A stretch of DNA of 64,000 bases from Halorussus marinus. GTDB taxonomy: Archaea > Halobacteriota > Halobacteria > Halobacteriales > Haladaptataceae. The DNA lies in contig NZ_SBIV01000001.1 in the NCBI RefSeq assembly GCF_004765795.1, forward strand, positions 558,001 through 622,000, in the 5' to 3' direction. The notes under the pieces were generated by a model that was given only the letters and a program-made list of their open reading frames with translations, searched no databases and had not been told where the DNA came from. A program made the position numbers and the translations under genes. This document shows, in pieces, positions 22,553-32,090 of the stretch; the first letter of the stretch is position 1, and each line of letters starts with the position of its first letter.

Positions 22553-23932
22553 CTACTCCATGTAGCCGAGGTCTTTGAGGTGCTGTTCGACCATCTCGTC
22601 GTCCTCGGCGACGGCGTCGGAGCCGCCCTCGCGCAACCGCTTCATCCGCGCCTGATGGTCGTCGAGCGCGCGCGCGAGGTCGCCGTACTCGGGGGCGTCG
22701 CCAGACCGGTCGTCCTCCGGGCGCTCCTCGGGGGTCGCGCTCACGTCGAAGCAGAGTTCGCCGTCGTCGGCGTGGCGAAGGAGCTTCCAGCCGTCGGCTC
22801 GCCGGGCGCAACACCGCGCGTACTCGATCTGGCGACCGACGTCGGCGAACCCGTACTCGCGGGGGTCGGCCTCGCCGTCGGCGACCGCGAGCGCGGACTC
22901 GCCCTCCCAGCCGGCGTGGGGATCGAGACCGAGCGCGTCCGCGATCGTCGGCGCGACGTCGAGGAGTCTGACCTGCCCCTCGACCGGCTCGGCGCGCTCG
23001 ACGTCGTTTCGCGCCGGGTGAGAGACGATCAGCGGGACCCGGAGGACGCCTTCCCAGAACTCCGGCGGGTGGCCCGCGTGACCGTGCTCGCCGACGAGTT
23101 CGCCGTGATCGGCCGTGAAGACGACGAGCGTCTCGTCGAGCTCGTTACGTTCGCGCAGGGCGTCCAGTAAGGCGTCGAACTGGTCGTCGACGTAGGCGCA
23201 CTCGGCGTCGTAGAGTTTCCGGATCAGCTCCCACTCGCGGTCGGTGACTGCCTCGGGATGGTGGGTCCCCTTCCGCGAGAGCCCGCGACAGGTCGCGAGG
23301 TCGAGCGGTTCGTCCAGAAACTGACGCTGGTACTCCTCGGGCGCCTCGTAGGGGTGGTGGGCGTCCATGTAGTGGAGCCAGGTGAACCACTCGCCCGTCT
23401 GGTCGCCGATCCACTCGATGGCGCGGTCGTTGAGCGATTCGGCGCGCTCGTACTCGCTGTCGTTGCCCGTCGCGGTCGCGAACAGCGCGTCGGCGCGGTT
23501 GTACACCGTCTCTATCGTCTTGAACACCGCGCCGTCCTTGTCGAGGTTCGACTGGACGAACTGCTTGAGCCGCCCCGCCTCGGTCGTGCCGCTGGCGTCG
23601 TACATCGACTCGAACCCCCGGTCGTAGCGGTACGAACCGCTCGCGAAGTGATTGTCGGTGTAGCCCGCGGTGGCGTACCCGGCGTCCCGGAGCGACTCGG
23701 CCAGCGTCCTGATGCCGTCGTCCGAGCCCGGTTCCGGGAGGCCCAGTCCCTCGATGCTGGCGAAGTATCGGCTCGCGAGGATGGCCGGGAACGACGCCGG
23801 CGTCGAGGGGCCGTTCGCGACGCACTCGGCGAACTCCAGCGCCTCGTCCGCGAACGACCGCGTCGCGGGCATCACATCCGGACTCACCCGGTCGGCGCGC
23901 AGGGAGTCGACCGTGACGAGGAGGACGTTCAT
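22553..23932 (-). CDS. Sulfatase-like hydrolase/transferase (AlkP superfamily)
   Basis: NVLLVTVDSLRAD, STPASF, HYMDAHHPY, TADHGE; ends HLKDLGYME. Confidence 0.87.
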   Translation of the reverse strand: MNVLLVTVDSLRADRVSPDVMPATRSFADEALEFAECVANGPSTPASFPAILASRYFASIEGLGLPEPGSDDGIRTLAESLRDAGYATAGYTDNHFASGSYRYDRGFESMYDASGTTEAGRLKQFVQSNLDKDGAVFKTIETVYNRADALFATATGNDSEYERAESLNDRAIEWIGDQTGEWFTWLHYMDAHHPYEAPEEYQRQFLDEPLDLATCRGLSRKGTHHPEAVTDREWELIRKLYDAECAYVDDQFDALLDALRERNELDETLVVFTADHGELVGEHGHAGHPPEFWEGVLRVPLIVSHPARNDVERAEPVEGQVRLLDVAPTIADALGLDPHAGWEGESALAVADGEADPREYGFADVGRQIEYARCCARRADGWKLLRHADDGELCFDVSATPEERPEDDRSGDAPEYGDLARALDDHQARMKRLREGGSDAVAEDDEMVEQHLKDLGYME

Positions 23933-24010
23933 ACCTGCCCGAAGTCGGGCGACCGTTAAAACGCTACTCGTACGGGCCGGCGGGCCGCGAGGGGCCGATC
24001 GCCGCCCGCC

Positions 24011-25051
24011 CTACGATTGGTAGACCGCGGCCACGCGCTCGCTCACGTCGTCCCACGACGGCAGTACGGCGGTGGGGGCGTCGCGCTCGGCGGCCTCACG
24101 AACGGCTTCGGAGACGGCCGTAGAGTCGACGTCCGCGACGCCGACGCAGTCATCGCGGTCGGTCCAGTCGACCAGCGCTCCGGCCTCCCGGACGACGCAC
24201 GGCGTCCCGGCCGCCAGCGCCTCGGCGACCGTCATGCCGTACGACTCGAACGACGAGAGCGCGAGGTAGGTCTCGGCGCCGGCGTACAGACCGGGCAGGC
24301 GCTCGTCGGCGACGTAACCCAGAAACGTCACGCGGTCGGCGACGCCGGCCTCTCGGGCGATCGCTTCGAGTTCCGGGCGGTAGTCGCCCGACCCGGCGAC
24401 CAGCAGGTCGTACTCCGGGAGGTCGGCGAGCGCCCGAATCGCGTGCTGGACGCCCTTGTACGCCTCCAGCCGGCCGACACAGAGCAAGTATGGGCGGTCG
24501 CGGCGTTCGGGCGATGCGTCGGCGAACCGCGCGACGTCGAGGCCGTTCGGGATCACGGTCGCCTCGGCTCCGAAGTCCGCGCGGAGCCGGCCGCGTTCCC
24601 AGTCGCTGACGGCGATCACGGCGTCGGCTCGGCCGAGCGCCCACCCGCCGACCGGTCGGTACAGCGAGAGCAGTCGGTCCCGAAGGTCGCCGGCGCTCGC
24701 GCCGTGATAGTGGGTCGTCACGACGAACCGTGCGTCGCCGGCGCCGAGCGCCGCGAACAGCACCGGTAGCGAGTGATAGTTGTGCGCGTGGATCACGTCG
24801 GGATCGACCCGCCGGACCGCGCGGGCGATCCCCGGCGCGACGTGGAAGGCGCCGCCGGGCGCGAACCCCCGGAAGCGCCGGACCGACACGCCGTTTCGCG
24901 TCTCCCGATCCGGAACGTCGGCGCCGGCGTCGGCGGCGAACACGGTCACGTCGTGGCCCCGAGCCGCGAGCCGCTCGCTGATCTCGGCGACGTGAGTCTC
25001 GACGCCGCCGGTGTGGGGCGGGTATCGCGGCGCGACCTGCAGGATCTCCAT
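24011..25051 (-). CDS. Glycosyltransferase family 4
   Basis: YPPHTGGVETH, VIPNG, VGRLEAYKG, ESYGMTVAEALAAGTP. Confidence 0.92.
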   Translation of the reverse strand: MEILQVAPRYPPHTGGVETHVAEISERLAARGHDVTVFAADAGADVPDRETRNGVSVRRFRGFAPGGAFHVAPGIARAVRRVDPDVIHAHNYHSLPVLFAALGAGDARFVVTTHYHGASAGDLRDRLLSLYRPVGGWALGRADAVIAVSDWERGRLRADFGAEATVIPNGLDVARFADASPERRDRPYLLCVGRLEAYKGVQHAIRALADLPEYDLLVAGSGDYRPELEAIAREAGVADRVTFLGYVADERLPGLYAGAETYLALSSFESYGMTVAEALAAGTPCVVREAGALVDWTDRDDCVGVADVDSTAVSEAVREAAERDAPTAVLPSWDDVSERVAAVYQS

Positions 25052-25052
25052 C

Positions 25053-26195
25053 TCAGTCGAACGCCTCGCGCAGTTCCTCGTCGACCTCCCACGTCCCGTC
25101 GCCCTTGCCCCGAAGCAACTCGACCGCGGCGTGGAGTAACGACACCTGCGAGTCGAAGACGGCGTAGATCGCCTGCAGTGGCCCGAGCAGGTCCTTCTGT
25201 CCGAGCCAGACGAACCCCGCGAGAGCGACCAGGACCGCGAGCCCCGCGGGGCCGACGACCGACACCGCGGCCGCGGTCACCGCGAGCGCGCCGAGCGCGA
25301 CCAGCCACGGCGAGACGACCATGAACCACCAGTTGAACGGGAGGACGAGTCGGCCGTAGTTGCCGTACTTGCCCAGCGCGTCCCGGTGCTGGACGAGCAG
25401 TCGGATCAGGCCCATCCCGCGGCGGTCCTTCTGGAGGCGGCGCTTGCCGAAGTCCGAGTGGGAGGCCTCCTCGTAGCGGACCGCGGGGTCGAAGACGACC
25501 CGGTCGCCGCCCCGTCGGATCTTCAGCGCGAGTTCGGTGTCGTCGGCCAGCGAGTTCGGGTCGATCGGGACGACCGCGTCGTTCTCGAACGCCGAGAAGG
25601 GTCCGTGGAAAATGAGCGTCGAGTCGAGGTGGGATTCGAGCGTCTGGACGTGGGCCTGTACGCCCCGGTAGCCCGCTTCGACCTCGCTCCCGCCGAGCAC
25701 CTCGGCGTTGCGCCCGGTGACCGCCGCCACCTCGGGGTCGGCGAGGTTCGCCGCGGCCACCCTGAGCGCGTCGTCGGCGACGTAGGAGTCGCAGTCGGTC
25801 TTGACGACCATCTCGTTTTCCGCGGCGGCGTACGCGTCGTTGAGCGCGGGCGCGAGTCCGCGGCGCTCGTCCTCGCGGATGAGGGTGAGTTCCGGGTACT
25901 CGCGGTCGGCGAGATACGACTCGATGCGCTCTGGGGTGTCGTCGTCGCTGGAGTCGACGACCACCAGTTCGACCTTCTCCATCGGGTAGTCGAGTTCGAG
26001 CAGGTCGTCGAGTTTCGTCTCGACGATGCCCGACTCGTTGTACGTCGGCAGGACGACGCTGACGGCGGGTTCGGCCTCGCGCTTGTCGGCGGGCGAGCCC
26101 TCGGGGCGGACCCACGCGTACAGCGCGAGGAAGGCGAGATACGGGAGGGCCGTCACCGCGACCAGCGCGCCGGCGACGGCGACGAGAGCGTTCAT
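25053..26195 (-). CDS. Glycosyltransferase family 2 with membrane anchors
   Basis: VSVVLPTYNE, DSSDD, TDCD (DxD), ADD, QKDRR; N- and C-terminal TM segments. Confidence 0.88.
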   Translation of the reverse strand: MNALVAVAGALVAVTALPYLAFLALYAWVRPEGSPADKREAEPAVSVVLPTYNESGIVETKLDDLLELDYPMEKVELVVVDSSDDDTPERIESYLADREYPELTLIREDERRGLAPALNDAYAAAENEMVVKTDCDSYVADDALRVAAANLADPEVAAVTGRNAEVLGGSEVEAGYRGVQAHVQTLESHLDSTLIFHGPFSAFENDAVVPIDPNSLADDTELALKIRRGGDRVVFDPAVRYEEASHSDFGKRRLQKDRRGMGLIRLLVQHRDALGKYGNYGRLVLPFNWWFMVVSPWLVALGALAVTAAAVSVVGPAGLAVLVALAGFVWLGQKDLLGPLQAIYAVFDSQVSLLHAAVELLRGKGDGTWEVDEELREAFD

Positions 26196-26344
26196 GCGCC
26201 CGACTACGAAATCGGATTATAACAGGCTGACGGTCGTCGCTCGGGCGGGTCGGCGGGTTCCGCCGTCGGCTGGGGTTCGAGGGTCGACCGCCGCGAGCGT
26301 GCGAGAAGTAAGCCTTTTGCGGGAGTGGTGACCACTCCCTGTCA

Positions 26345-27250
26345 ATGGCCGAACGCGAGGACGTGTGCGTGCTCATCCCCACGCTGAACGAGGCCGAGAC
26401 GATCGGCGAGGTCGTCGACGGCTTCACCGACCGCGGGTTCGAGAACGTCCTCGTCGTGGACGGCGACTCGACCGACCGGACACAAGAGATCGCTCGCGAG
26501 CACGGCGCGCGCGTGCTCCAGCAGTCCGGGTCGGGGAAGGGTCAGGCGATCCAGGAGGCGATCCGCCACATCGAGGCCGAGTACGTCCTGATGCTCGACG
26601 GCGACGGCACCTACCGGCCCGAGGACGCCGACGCGATGCTCGAACCCCTGCTGGAGGGCCGCTACGAGCACGTCATCGGCGACCGGTTCGCCGACATGGA
26701 GGAGGGTGCGATGACTCGGCTGAACAAGGCCGGCAACGGGATGTTCAACTGGGTGTTCCGGACGATCCACGGGGAGGACTTCGAGGACATCCTGAGCGGC
26801 TACCGGGCGTTCACCCGCGAGTCGGTCGAACGCTTCCACCTCGACGCCGACGGCTTCGGCGTCGAGACCGAGATGGCCGTCGAGTGCGTGAAACACGACG
26901 TGCCGACGACGGTCGTCCCCATCCGGTACGAGGCCCGCCCCGACGAGTCCGAGACCAACCTCCATCCCGTGCAGGACGGCGGGGTGATCTTGCTGACCCT
27001 CTACCAGCTCGCGAAGACCAACAACCCCCTGTTCTACTTCGGGAGCGTGGGCGTGCTGAGCGGGCTGTTCGGCGTCGCGGTCGCCGGCTACGTCGGCTAC
27101 GAGTGGTTCGTCGGCCCGCGGGTCTCCCACGAGGTGCTGGCGGTGGTCGCGGCGTTCGCCATCCTGTTCGGGGTCCAACTGCTGATGTTCGGGGTGCTGT
27201 CGGACCTCATCGTGACGCTCCACCGCGAGCAGATGCGCCGGCTCAAGTGA
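26345..27250 (+). CDS. aglJ: AglJ-like dolichol-phosphate glycosyltransferase
   Basis: VLIPTLNEAETI, VVDGDSTDRT, GKGQA, DGDGTY, DILSGYRAF, two C-terminal TM segments. Confidence 0.88.
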   Translation: MAEREDVCVLIPTLNEAETIGEVVDGFTDRGFENVLVVDGDSTDRTQEIAREHGARVLQQSGSGKGQAIQEAIRHIEAEYVLMLDGDGTYRPEDADAMLEPLLEGRYEHVIGDRFADMEEGAMTRLNKAGNGMFNWVFRTIHGEDFEDILSGYRAFTRESVERFHLDADGFGVETEMAVECVKHDVPTTVVPIRYEARPDESETNLHPVQDGGVILLTLYQLAKTNNPLFYFGSVGVLSGLFGVAVAGYVGYEWFVGPRVSHEVLAVVAAFAILFGVQLLMFGVLSDLIVTLHREQMRRLK

Positions 27251-27325
27251 GGTCGCGGGCCTGTCGCTCCCCGTTCCGGACTCGCCGGTACAGTTATTTC
27301 ACTGACGTGAGTAGCTTCCGAGCGC

Positions 27326-29011
27326 ATGGTGGACGGTCACAACCTACCCGATTACGACGACGCACGCGAGTCGTTCTCGTGGGACCAACTGTACGCCGAG
27401 GCCGACTGGGACGCTCCCGGCGAGCTCAACATCGGCCACGAGGTCTGCGACCGACACGCCGACGGCGGGGAGTCGGTCGCGCTCTATCAGGTGAGCGAGG
27501 ACGGCGAGATGACCGAGACGACGTTCGCCGAACTCGCCGACCGGTCGGGGCGGTTCGCGACCGTCCTCGAAGAACTGGGCGTCGAGCGCGGCGATCGGGT
27601 GTTCTCCTACATGCCCCGCATCCCCGAGCATTACGTCGCGCTGGTGGGCACGCTCAAGCGCGGCGCGGTGTTCGGCGGCGTCAACGAGCGGTTCGGCCCC
27701 GACGGCATCGCCTACCGGCTCGACGACTGTGACGCCTCGGTCGTCGTGACGACCTCTGACAACCGCGACACGGTCGCGGACGCCCTCGACGACGCGCCGT
27801 CGGTCGAGCACGTCCTGACGGTCGACCGCGGTGGGGTCGTCCCCGACGGCGACGTCCGGTTCGGCGACGCGCTCGAGGAGGCGAGTCCCGAGTACGAACC
27901 CGCCCGGACGGGCGGCGAGGACGACGCGCTCCTGTACTACACCAGCGGGACGACCGGGCCGGCGAAGGGCGTCCTCCACAAACACCGGTGGGTCGCGGGC
28001 GTCGGGGCCACCCAGCGGTACGCGGTCGACCTCCAGCCCGACGACGTCTACTGGTCGACCGCCGACCTCGGGTGGCTCACCGGCCCGATCAACACCCTCG
28101 GGGCGTGGTTCTGGGGCACGTCGCTTTTCACCTACGAGGGCGAGTTCGACGCGGCGACGTGGGCCGACCTGCTCGACGAGCATCCCATCGACGTGCTGTT
28201 CAGCGTCCCGACCGCCTACCGGATGCTCCGGGAGAACGAGGAACTCCTCGACGGCGCGGACCTCGATCTGCGCCACGCCCTCTCGATCGGCGAGCCCCTC
28301 TCTGCGGGCGTGGTCGACTGGGCCGAGGAGACGCTGGGCGTGACGGTCCACGACACCTACGGCCAGACCGAGACCGGGAACATGATCATCAACAACTACC
28401 CGACGATGGCGCTCAAGCCCGGGAGCATGGGCAAGCCCTTGCCCGGCGTCGAGGCCGCGGTCGTCGACCCCGACACCGGCGAGGTGCTCCCGCCGGGCGA
28501 GACGGGCGAGATCGCCCAGCGGGGCGAGTACCCGTGTTTCTTCGCGGGCTACTGGGAGAAGCCCGAGAAGACCGCCGACTGCTTCGTCGACGGGCCGGAC
28601 GGCGAATGGTACCTCTCGGATGACCTCGCCAGACTGGACGAAGACGGCTACTTCTGGTTCGAGGGGCGGGCCGACGACGTCATCATCTCGTCGGGCTACC
28701 GGATCGGTCCATTCGAGGTCGAGAGCTCGCTGGGCGAGCATCCGGCGGTCGCGGAGGCCGCGGTCGTGCCCAAACCCGACCGCGAGCGCGGCAACATCGT
28801 GAAAGCCTACGTCGTGGCGAGCGACGACGCCGACCCCGACGACGAGCTGAAAGACGACGTACGGACCCACGTCCGCGAGGAGCTGTCGGCCCACGAGTAC
28901 CCCCGCGAGATCGAGTTCGTCGACGAGCTTCCCAAGACCGTGACCGGGAAGATCAGACGGACCGAGCTCCAGGACGACGCCCAGCGGGAGGCCGACGTCC
29001 AGCGAGAGTGA
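27326..29011 (+). CDS. Acyl-CoA synthetase (AMP-forming)
   Basis: YTSGTTGPAKG, DTYGQTE, GRADDVI, LPKTVTGKI. Confidence 0.92.
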   Translation: MVDGHNLPDYDDARESFSWDQLYAEADWDAPGELNIGHEVCDRHADGGESVALYQVSEDGEMTETTFAELADRSGRFATVLEELGVERGDRVFSYMPRIPEHYVALVGTLKRGAVFGGVNERFGPDGIAYRLDDCDASVVVTTSDNRDTVADALDDAPSVEHVLTVDRGGVVPDGDVRFGDALEEASPEYEPARTGGEDDALLYYTSGTTGPAKGVLHKHRWVAGVGATQRYAVDLQPDDVYWSTADLGWLTGPINTLGAWFWGTSLFTYEGEFDAATWADLLDEHPIDVLFSVPTAYRMLRENEELLDGADLDLRHALSIGEPLSAGVVDWAEETLGVTVHDTYGQTETGNMIINNYPTMALKPGSMGKPLPGVEAAVVDPDTGEVLPPGETGEIAQRGEYPCFFAGYWEKPEKTADCFVDGPDGEWYLSDDLARLDEDGYFWFEGRADDVIISSGYRIGPFEVESSLGEHPAVAEAAVVPKPDRERGNIVKAYVVASDDADPDDELKDDVRTHVREELSAHEYPREIEFVDELPKTVTGKIRRTELQDDAQREADVQRE

Positions 29012-29029
29012 GCCGCCCGTGGCGCCGAC

Positions 29030-29359
29030 TCAGAGCGGGAGCGCGGCCCGAAATCGCTCGAAGACGCCCGGCGTCCGGGAGTTTCGGTAGCGTTCGAACA
29101 CCGGGTGGAGCGCGTTCAGAAACTCCTGTTTGTTCTCGAAGCGGTCGCGGTCGACGTCGCCGACAGCCTCCGAGAGGGGCACCTCGTGGCCCTTCGCGTT
29201 GTAGTCGATCTCCGGATCCGACAGCGCCCTGACGACCTCCTCGCCGGTGGCCGGAAACGTCACGTCTCCGTCGTCGAGCGCGGCCGCCACTTCGGCGATG
29301 CCGAACTCGATGACGTCCGGGCCGTCGTCGGAGTTCGACGGTGGTGGCCTCATTCCCAT
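29030..29359 (-). CDS. Small acidic haloarchaeal protein (DUF5789-like)
   Basis: 109 aa; IEFGIA...FPAT...ALHPVFE; family name from recall. Confidence 0.65.
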   Translation of the reverse strand: MGMRPPPSNSDDGPDVIEFGIAEVAAALDDGDVTFPATGEEVVRALSDPEIDYNAKGHEVPLSEAVGDVDRDRFENKQEFLNALHPVFERYRNSRTPGVFERFRAALPL

Positions 29360-29498
29360 GGTCGAAGGTACTCACTCGCGGTACGAAAAGCTACCTCCTC
29401 GGTCTCGCGGTCGGCGCCGACCGGCCGTCCGGGCGAACCGACCCGACCGCGCGCCGAGACCAACGGTTTTCTTAACCGTCGGCGTCGTACGTGACGGT

Positions 29499-30662
29499 AT
29501 GACAGGCGTACGAGTCGCTGGGGTCGGCCTCACCCACTTCGGGAAACACCCCGAGCGGACGGGTCGGGACCTCTTCGGGGAGGCGGCCGATCGCGCGTTC
29601 GCCGACGCGGGCGTCGACCGGTCGGCGGTCGAGGGACTGAACTACGGCAACTTCATGGGCGAACTCGCCGAACACCAGGGCCATCAGGGCCCGCTGATGG
29701 CCGAGGCCGCGGGCGTGACCGCGCCCGCGACCCGCTACGAGAGCGCCTGCGCCTCCAGCGGCACCGCGCTCCGGGAGGCGGTCAAGGACGTGCGCAACGG
29801 CGAGGCCGACGTGGTGCTCGTCGGCGGGGCCGAGCGGATGAACAACCTCGGAACCGCGGGCACGACCGAGGCGCTCGCTATCGCGGCCGACGACCTCTAC
29901 GAGGTCCGAGCCGGGATGACGTTCCCCGCGGCGTACGCGCTGATGGCCCGCGCGTACTTCGAGGCGTACGGCGGCTCCCGGGAGGACCTCGCGGAGATCG
30001 CGGTCAAGAACCACGACAACGCCCTCGAAAACGAGTATGCGCAGTTCCAGCGCGCCATCTCGGTCGAGGAGGCCCTCGACGCCCCGATGGTCGCCGACCC
30101 CCTCGGGCTGTACGACGCCTGCCCGATCACCGACGGCGCGAGCGCGGTCGTGCTCGTCAGCGACGAGTACGCCGACGACCACGGGCTAGAGGCGCCGGTC
30201 GCGGTCACCGGGACGGGACAGGGCGGCGACAAGATGGCGCTCCAGGACCGCCAGTACCTCGCTCGGACGCCCGCGGCCGAACGCGCGGCCGCGGAGGCCT
30301 ACGACGACGCCGGCGTCGGGCCGGCGGACGTGGCGGCCGCGGAGGTCCACGACTGTTTCACCATCGCGGAGGTGCTCGCGCTCGAAGCCCTCGACTTCTA
30401 CGCGCCCGGCGAGGCGATCGGCGCGGCGGCCCGCGGCGAGACCACCCGGGACGGCGACCGACCGGTGAACCTCTCGGGCGGCCTGAAGGCCAAGGGCCAC
30501 CCGGTCGGGGCCACCGGCACGAGTCAGGTGGTCGAGATGACCCGACTGCTACGGGGCGACCACCCCAACAGCGACGCCGTGGACGGCGACGTCGGGGTCA
30601 CGCACAACGCCGGCGGGACGGTCGCGAGCACCACCGTCCACGTTCTGGAGGTGACAGAATGA
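29499..30662 (+). CDS. Thiolase (SCP-x/archaeal type)
   Basis: ESACASS, CPITDGA, EVHDCF, KGHPVGATG, HNAGG; start moved to MTGVRV. Confidence 0.92.
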   Translation: MTGVRVAGVGLTHFGKHPERTGRDLFGEAADRAFADAGVDRSAVEGLNYGNFMGELAEHQGHQGPLMAEAAGVTAPATRYESACASSGTALREAVKDVRNGEADVVLVGGAERMNNLGTAGTTEALAIAADDLYEVRAGMTFPAAYALMARAYFEAYGGSREDLAEIAVKNHDNALENEYAQFQRAISVEEALDAPMVADPLGLYDACPITDGASAVVLVSDEYADDHGLEAPVAVTGTGQGGDKMALQDRQYLARTPAAERAAAEAYDDAGVGPADVAAAEVHDCFTIAEVLALEALDFYAPGEAIGAAARGETTRDGDRPVNLSGGLKAKGHPVGATGTSQVVEMTRLLRGDHPNSDAVDGDVGVTHNAGGTVASTTVHVLEVTE

Positions 30663-31045
30663 CCGACGATACGCGCGTCCGCGACGAGGGGTTCGACGAC
30701 TTCCTCGACGCGGTCGAGGCCGGCGAGGGCTTCTACCTCGAGTGTCCGGACGGCCACGGTTCGTTGCCGCCCCGGCAGGTCTGTCCCCACTGCGGGGCGG
30801 GCGACCTCGGAGAGACGCCGCTCGCCGAGACCGGCGAGATCGAGACCTACACGACGGTCCACGTCGCCGCCCCGGAGTTCGACGACGACACCCCGTACGT
30901 GACCGCGGTGGTCGACTTCGGCGGCGTCCGGCTGACCGGCCAGCTCCGGGACGCCGCGCCCGAGGACGTGGCGGTCGGCGCCGAGGTGACTCCGGACGTC
31001 GCCCGGACGGAGACGACCGGCGAGCGAATCCTCGTCTTCCGGTAG
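30659..31045 (+). CDS. DUF35 Zn-ribbon/OB-fold protein
   Basis: CPDGH...PPRQVCPHCG plus OB-like tail; overlaps the thiolase stop. Confidence 0.9.
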   Translation: MTDDTRVRDEGFDDFLDAVEAGEGFYLECPDGHGSLPPRQVCPHCGAGDLGETPLAETGEIETYTTVHVAAPEFDDDTPYVTAVVDFGGVRLTGQLRDAAPEDVAVGAEVTPDVARTETTGERILVFR

Positions 31046-32020
31046 CTACGTCTCGACGCCCTCCTCGACGGGCTCGTCGCGTTCTTCGATCGACTCCTCG
31101 GTGAGCTCGTCCAACAGCACGTCGAGGAACGGACCCGGGTGCTCGGCGTGGGGGAGGAGTCGGGCGTCGTCGAAGACGACGAGCTTTGCGTCCGCACGTT
31201 CGGCCAGCGCCTCGCCCTCTTCGAGGGGCGTCACGGTCGCGTTCCGGCCCCAGACGAGCGTGACCGGCACGTCGACCGCCGCCAGCTCGGCCCCGAGGTC
31301 GGCGTCGGGGTCGAGAAAGCCCGAGACGAACGAGGCGGGCGCGAAGCGGGCGCCGGGCTGGTGGGCGGTCTCCCACTGGTACTCGACGTCCTGTTCGGTG
31401 TAGCTCGCCTCGGTCGAGTAGGCGTCGCGGTTGTCGAACCAGTCGAGCGAGCCCTTGCTCACCAGCGCGTTGAAAAGCGCCTGTCCGACGAGCGGCGACC
31501 GGAACAGCGACCGGACCCACGTCCGGCGCGGGCCGGTCTCACCGGTCGGACACACCAGCAACAGCCGGTTGAACGGCGCGGCCTGTCGCTGTGCGAGCGT
31601 GGCGTAGGCCCCGGTCAGCGACGACGCCACGCAGGCGGCGTCGTCGGTCACGTCCTCGGCGAAGTCGGCGACGAACGCGGTGTAGAGCGCCGCCGAGTAG
31701 GTCAGGGGCGGTCGGTCCGAGCGGCCGAACCCGGGGAGGTCGGGCGCGATGACGTGGTGGGTCTGTGCGAGCTGGCTCCAGATCTGGTCGAACTCCTTGT
31801 TCGACGCGGCGGCGTGGACACCGTGCAACAACAGCACGTCCGGGTCGTCGGGGTCGCCGGCCTCGGTGTACGCGACGTCGAACCCCCGCCAGCGGTAGGT
31901 CTCCTGACGGCCCTCCAGCGCGGGGTCGAGGTCGCCGGCCTTCCAGGCGAGCAGTCTGTTTGCGAGCGCGGCGGAGCCGAGTCCGCCCGCGAGGGCGGCG
32001 GCGGTTCTCGTGAGCTTCAT
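31046..32020 (-). CDS. Alpha/beta hydrolase
   Basis: LLLHG, APDLPGFGRS, VASSLTG, LVWG, LPHAEHP. Confidence 0.88.
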   Translation of the reverse strand: MKLTRTAAALAGGLGSAALANRLLAWKAGDLDPALEGRQETYRWRGFDVAYTEAGDPDDPDVLLLHGVHAAASNKEFDQIWSQLAQTHHVIAPDLPGFGRSDRPPLTYSAALYTAFVADFAEDVTDDAACVASSLTGAYATLAQRQAAPFNRLLLVCPTGETGPRRTWVRSLFRSPLVGQALFNALVSKGSLDWFDNRDAYSTEASYTEQDVEYQWETAHQPGARFAPASFVSGFLDPDADLGAELAAVDVPVTLVWGRNATVTPLEEGEALAERADAKLVVFDDARLLPHAEHPGPFLDVLLDELTEESIEERDEPVEEGVET

Positions 32021-32090
32021 ATCGGATACGTCACTGCGAGGAAAGTTAGCCGTTGCGCCGCGACGGCGGTCGCGGCTCGCGTCCGGGCGA

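Noticed and set aside
17017..23932. Calling the sulfatase-like genes true arylsulfatases
   Set aside because: No C/S-x-P-x-R formylglycine motif; Thr occupies that position
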